DNA of 39,505 nucleotides from positions 47,411,305 through 47,450,809 of the forward strand of contig NC_057728.1 in NCBI RefSeq assembly GCF_004010195.1, given 5' to 3'. This document shows positions 35,741 to 39,505 of the stretch, piece by piece. Position 1 is the first letter of the stretch. Each line of letters starts with the position of its first letter. The stretch is from Chiloscyllium plagiosum (lineage: Eukaryota). A model generated the notes under the pieces. That model had not been told where the DNA came from, made no database searches, and saw only the letters and a program-made list of their open reading frames with translations. Position numbers and translations under genes: made by a program.

Positions 35741-35905
35741 TGAGGCTGAGAGGTGACCTTTATAGAGGTTTATAAAAACATTAGGGGCAAGGATAGGGTA
35801 AATAGACAAGGTATTTCCCCTGGGGTGGTGGAGTCCAGAATTAGAGGGCATAGGTTAAGTGGGGAAAGATTTAAACGGGACCTAAGGGGCAACTTTTTCA
35901 TAGAG
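35741..35905 (+). mobile_element. CR1/HER1-like fragment, head-to-head with the previous copy
   Basis: aggctgagaggtgacct..atagaggtttataaaa (RLRGDLIEVYK) and SRIRGHRL. Confidence 0.85.
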
Positions 35906-35914
35906 TGTTGTGTG

Positions 35915-36270
35915 TGTAGGAAGGGGGAGTTGAAGTGGTACTCTGCCAAGGACATGCAAGTCCCGTGCCATCTCCACTGCCAAATTCAAGCCACCCGAAG
36001 ACTGGAAGAGGAGTGCCTCATCTTCTGCCCTGGATCCCTTCAACCACACATCATCAACATCGACTTCACCAGTTTCCTCATCTCCCCTCTCTCCACTTCA
36101 TCCCAGATCCAAACCTCCAACTTGGCACCGCCCTCTTGAACTGTCCTACCTGTCCATCTTCCTTCCCAGCTATCTGATCCACCCTCCCCTCCGACCTTTC
36201 ACTATCACCTCCCACCTGCATCGACCTATCACCTTCCTACCCACACCCTCCTATTTATCTCTCAGCCCCA
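35915..36270 (+). mobile_element. Penelope-like element fragment: GIY-YIG endonuclease C-terminus plus C-rich 3'UTR
   Basis: SAKDMQV..LHCQIQATRRLEEECLIFCPGSLQPHIINIDFTSF (PLE consensus RxLEExxLIFRLGTLQPxGxN). The 3'UTR is homologous to 1170-1200 and 1511-1685. Confidence 0.8.
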
Positions 36271-37505
36271 TTTCATTTTACTTTGTGTTCTGAGAACTCT
36301 TTAATGTGATCTGCTTGATGACATTACTAGTGCTGGAGACCAAAGATCCCTATCATTAGTGCCAGAATCAAATTAATATTCGTGAAGGTGAAATCCATGT
36401 CACAGAGATTGCAGATCTTTAAGCAGTTTTTGTCCTGATTAGCAATTACCATCAAAACTTTGTTGTTGGCTCAAACACAGGTCATACACTACGAAATAGA
36501 GACGGAGTACCTTCTTGCTTTTAACAATTAGATAAAAAAATTTCTGGGACTTGGAGCACTTACTTAGCGAAGTTGCATGGTAACAGGCAACACACTTCAT
36601 AACTGGCTTCAAAAGAAAATCTAACCCAAGTATTGCTGACACAGAGAAACTAACTTTCTGTTATATTACAATCTTATTGCAGGGCTTCAAATACCCAAGC
36701 AGATACTTAAGTTCCCTTCCTATTCATTCCAATATTTCTAAACATCCTATTTGAAGTTTTATCTTTACCAAATGTATTTCCATTGCTCACCGCTATACAA
36801 GGTTTAAATGCCTTCTCATACATTACTGAGACAAATTATGATTGGATCCATTAAAGGCCAGTGACGCTACAGAACAAATGTCAAATAATTTTAAAAATCT
36901 CTTAAAGCCAATATTTTTAAGGTGTCATTACCTACCATCAAACACCTACTTTTTCTCTTCATGCCTTACAGATTTGAAAGACAAATCTCTCTTACAAGTA
37001 CCATTCCCTAGTTTCTTTCCACATATCCACCAAATTCACTATTGAACTTAGTGCCAAATTAGAAAGAGTAGTTTTGTCTTCACTATTGTAAAACTGCTTG
37101 GATTCCATTCCACACTAAAAGCAAAGCTCACACCTTATTGTCTAAAGAATATGCGGAAAGAAATCTTAAATATTTATGACACACAAATACTAAAATGCTA
37201 TATTACCAGAATGCGACTTTATATTTCATTTTAGGGTGATTAATGATCTAATTATAATATTTGGTTCTTGTAGTGCTTCATGATATATGAAGAATATTCA
37301 ATTTAAAAAGTGTGAAAAATATTAATCAAGTACTACCAGCCATGCCTTAAGTTTAAGGAGTAATTTTGTAAATTCCAATCCAGATATTGCAATTCAAATT
37401 GCACTTGGTGCTTTAAATGCGTAAAATAATTTATTAGTTTTAAAGCATGTGCTCTTTAATGTAATGACTACATTGTAAACAATCCATTTAGTGTATTTTA
37501 CATAC

Positions 37506-37647
37506 CATCACCATTTATAAAGGATTTCTTTTTGAAAGTAACGGTATTAACCATGTCCCATTCAGCTTCACAGCTGATTTGTTGCATTGTACTCCTAGAA
37601 GATCTTTCTTTCGGACATTGATTCCATTCGACAACTGAACTAGAATC
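37506..37647 (-). CDS. TBC1D15: TBC1D15 coding exon (first in window, probably exon 4): DSSSVVEWNQCPKERSSRSTMQQISCEAEWDMVNTVTFKKKSFINGD
   Basis: Acceptor tcttag|GAT, donor G|gtatg, 142 nt. Peptide matches recalled vertebrate TBC1D15 DSSSVVEWTQ...YEAEWDMVNTVSFKRK. Confidence 0.93.
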
Positions 37648-38249
37648 CTAAGACAAAAGTTTTCAATAAAAAGCATATTAATTTGAAATTCACTTGTAGC
37701 ATTAAACAACAGGAAACTAGCACCCGATAAATTCATGAGACAGACGCCAGTCAAACAATATTTCAAAACATTGTAAGTAATATTTATTGGATATTCAATG
37801 TGAAAAACTATACAGTGAAATAATGTGAATTGTATGATACATTTTCTCGATTATTCAAACACATACATTACTATTTAAGCTATATTTTCAAAGTGCATAT
37901 TTATTTTGTTCTCATTCAAGCTAACATTGGAAATTGTGTTATCTCCTCAGGTACCCTCCCCCCAATCACCCTCCCTCTAAATATGCATTCTCAACCACTC
38001 TAAACTTGCAAATTAAACTCCACCTTGAATTTCCTCTCCAAATGCCTTCAATAGGCTGTTGACCACCACACCCACAACCAATATTCCTACATCTAAATCT
38101 CTACAAACACGTTCCTACACTTCACATAGTATTGAAATAGTTGTAATCTTCTGTGGCTGCTGTCTGAGCACAAACTGCATATTCTTGCCACTGTGATTGA
38201 TAATTCATTCAGCTCTCGATATTTTTTAAATCTATTCAGCCATGTTAAC

Positions 38250-38330
38250 ACATACCTCTATAGTTGGTGAGACTTGAACTTGGATCTTCTGATCCAGAGG
38301 CAGAGACATTACCAATATGCCACAAGAGCT
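38250..38330 (-). mobile_element. Degraded tRNA-derived SINE head
   Basis: Minus strand gtggcatattggtaatg (A box) and agttcaagtc (B box). Confidence 0.45.
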
Positions 38331-38479
38331 TATTTTGCAGATTTACTCTAGCAAATGCTTGCCACTTACACTACAGTAAAGCAACACAATTCATTCAGAG
38401 GTGAGAGATGAATGAACCCCCAAAATGGTTAAAAATCACACAACACCAGGTTATAGTCCAACAGGTTTAATTGGAAGCA

Positions 38480-38514
38480 CACTAGCTTTCGGAGCGTCGC
38501 TCCTTCATCAGGTG
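38480..38514 (-). ncRNA. Putative minimal type I hammerhead ribozyme (family B), sense to TBC1D15
   Basis: CAC-CUGAUGA-A-GGAGC gac GCUCC-GAAA-GCU-A-GUG: canonical core, 5-bp helix II, palindromic AGCU helix III, 3-bp helix I. Confidence 0.65.
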
Positions 38515-38518
38515 GTAG

Positions 38519-38705
38519 CCACCACCACCTCCGTCAGTTCATTCCATACATGCACCACCCTCGATATGAAAATCTTGCCCCTTAGATCCCTTTTAAATCC
38601 TTCGTCACGCACCTTTAACCTATTTCCTTTAGTTTTGAACTCCCATACCCAGGGGAAAGACCTTGACTACTCAATCTATCCATGACCCTCATTATTTTAT
38701 TAGGT
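38519..38705 (-). mobile_element. Internal CR1 fragment between the family-B arms
   Basis: ttcattccata..tgcaccaccctc, ttgcccctt, tagttttgaactccc..cccagggg are homologous to 35620-35740. Confidence 0.75.
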
Positions 38706-38710
38706 TCTAC

Positions 38711-38745
38711 CACCTGATGAAGGAGTGACGCTCCGAAAGCTAGTG
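38711..38745 (+). ncRNA. Putative minimal type I hammerhead ribozyme (family B)
   Basis: CAC-CUGAUGA(38714-20)-A-GGAGU gac GCUCC-GAAA-GCU-A-GUG. Confidence 0.6.
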
Positions 38746-38767
38746 TGCTTCCAATTAAACCTGTTGG

Positions 38768-39505
38768 TTTGTTTTAAAATTGCTTACCTGTAGCGGGCAG
38801 CGGTGTGTTTTTTTTTACTCTCTCTCCACAGAAAGAGCGGGAGCAGCAGAGGAAGTGACGGCAAGCAGAGGGGCAGCCGGGAAGGAAAAGTTAGTATATA
38901 AACCCGAGATTCTACACCTGTAGTATCTCCCACCCACCCTCCTCCTCTAACCTTCTTAACTACTCTGCTTTTTCTTTTAAGGTAAGGATTTTTATTTCTT
39001 TACCAGGGACTAGTTAAAAGTTTACTTTGGTTTTTTTTTGTGTGTGTATACATCAAGTCCTTAATTAGGGTAAAAAAAACTATAGCAGAGAGGTATCAGA
39101 AGGCATTCTAATTCATACTTGTACAAAGTAACTAATTAACTAACTAAGCAGAGATGGCTGGGCAGGTGATGTGCTGTTGCTGTATGATGTGGGAGCTGGC
39201 TGATCCCATTGTGAACGGCAGTGACCACATCTGCAGCAAGTGTTGGTTGCTGGAAGAACTCCGGATCAGAGTTGATGATCTGGAATCTGAGCTTCAAACA
39301 CTGCGGCACATCCGGAAGGGGGAGAGTTACCTGGATGCTTTGTTTCAGGAGGCAGTCACACCTGGGAGATTAAGTAATTCACATTCAGCTAGTGATCAGG
39401 CACAAAAGAGTGTGACTGTAAGTGAGGCAGACAGGGGGAGCCTGAGTTCAGGAGTGCAGGAGTCTCAGCCCTTGACCTTGTCCAACAGATACGAGATTCT
39501 TGCTC
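38768..39505 (+). mobile_element. 5' end of a CR1-clade LINE (5'UTR plus ORF1), continuing past the window
   Basis: GC-richer leader followed by an open ORF1 with zinc finger and leucine zipper. Confidence 0.8.
39154..39505 (+). CDS. CR1 ORF1p N-terminus (partial, no stop in window)
   Basis: MAGQVMCCCCMMWELADPIVNGSDHICSKCWLLEELRIRVDDLESELQTLRHIRKGESYLD...PLTLSNRYEILA: CxxC..CxxC, coiled coil and LSNRY/FxxL motif; 117 uninterrupted codons. Confidence 0.82.
   Translation, partial: MAGQVMCCCCMMWELADPIVNGSDHICSKCWLLEELRIRVDDLESELQTLRHIRKGESYLDALFQEAVTPGRLSNSHSASDQAQKSVTVSEADRGSLSSGVQESQPLTLSNRYEILA

Larger units (their letters stand above)
38428..38767. mobile_element. Family-B Penelope-pLTR inverted arms enclosing a CR1 fragment; right arm cut by a LINE
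   Basis: Arms 38458-38518 / 38707-38767 nearly identical in inverted orientation, each with a hammerhead core. Confidence 0.85.

Noticed and set aside
1..39505. CRISPR array or prokaryotic system
   Set aside because: No regularly spaced repeats or operons; this is a spliced eukaryotic locus.

Overview
AT-rich vertebrate genomic DNA. The repeat content (HE1/V-SINEs, CR1/HER1-like, Rex1, L2 and RTE LINEs, Penelope-like remnants) points to a cartilaginous fish, probably a shark (inference). The minus strand carries the last 14 coding exons of TBC1D15, a Rab7 GAP (37647 down to the stop codon at 8499). All introns are GT-AG, the phases join into one open frame of 605 codons, and the 5' exons lie beyond the right edge. 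Bases 1-4.5 kb are a decayed Gmr1-like gypsy LTR retrotransposon with nested insertions. Most notable: (1) two families of short fold-back elements derived from Penelope pseudo-LTRs, carrying minimal hammerhead-ribozyme cores, 13-14 bp target-site duplications and a fixed 31-38 nt unpaired tail, including a near-perfect 188-bp palindrome; (2) a 125-bp insertion whose 24-bp flanking duplication copies a TBC1D15 splice acceptor and which supplies a perfect donor, creating a candidate 45-nt poison exon; (3) a probable LF-SINE relic; (4) the 5' end of a CR1 with an intact ORF1 start. Repeat family names come from recalled consensus motifs, not database searches, and repeat boundaries are approximate.
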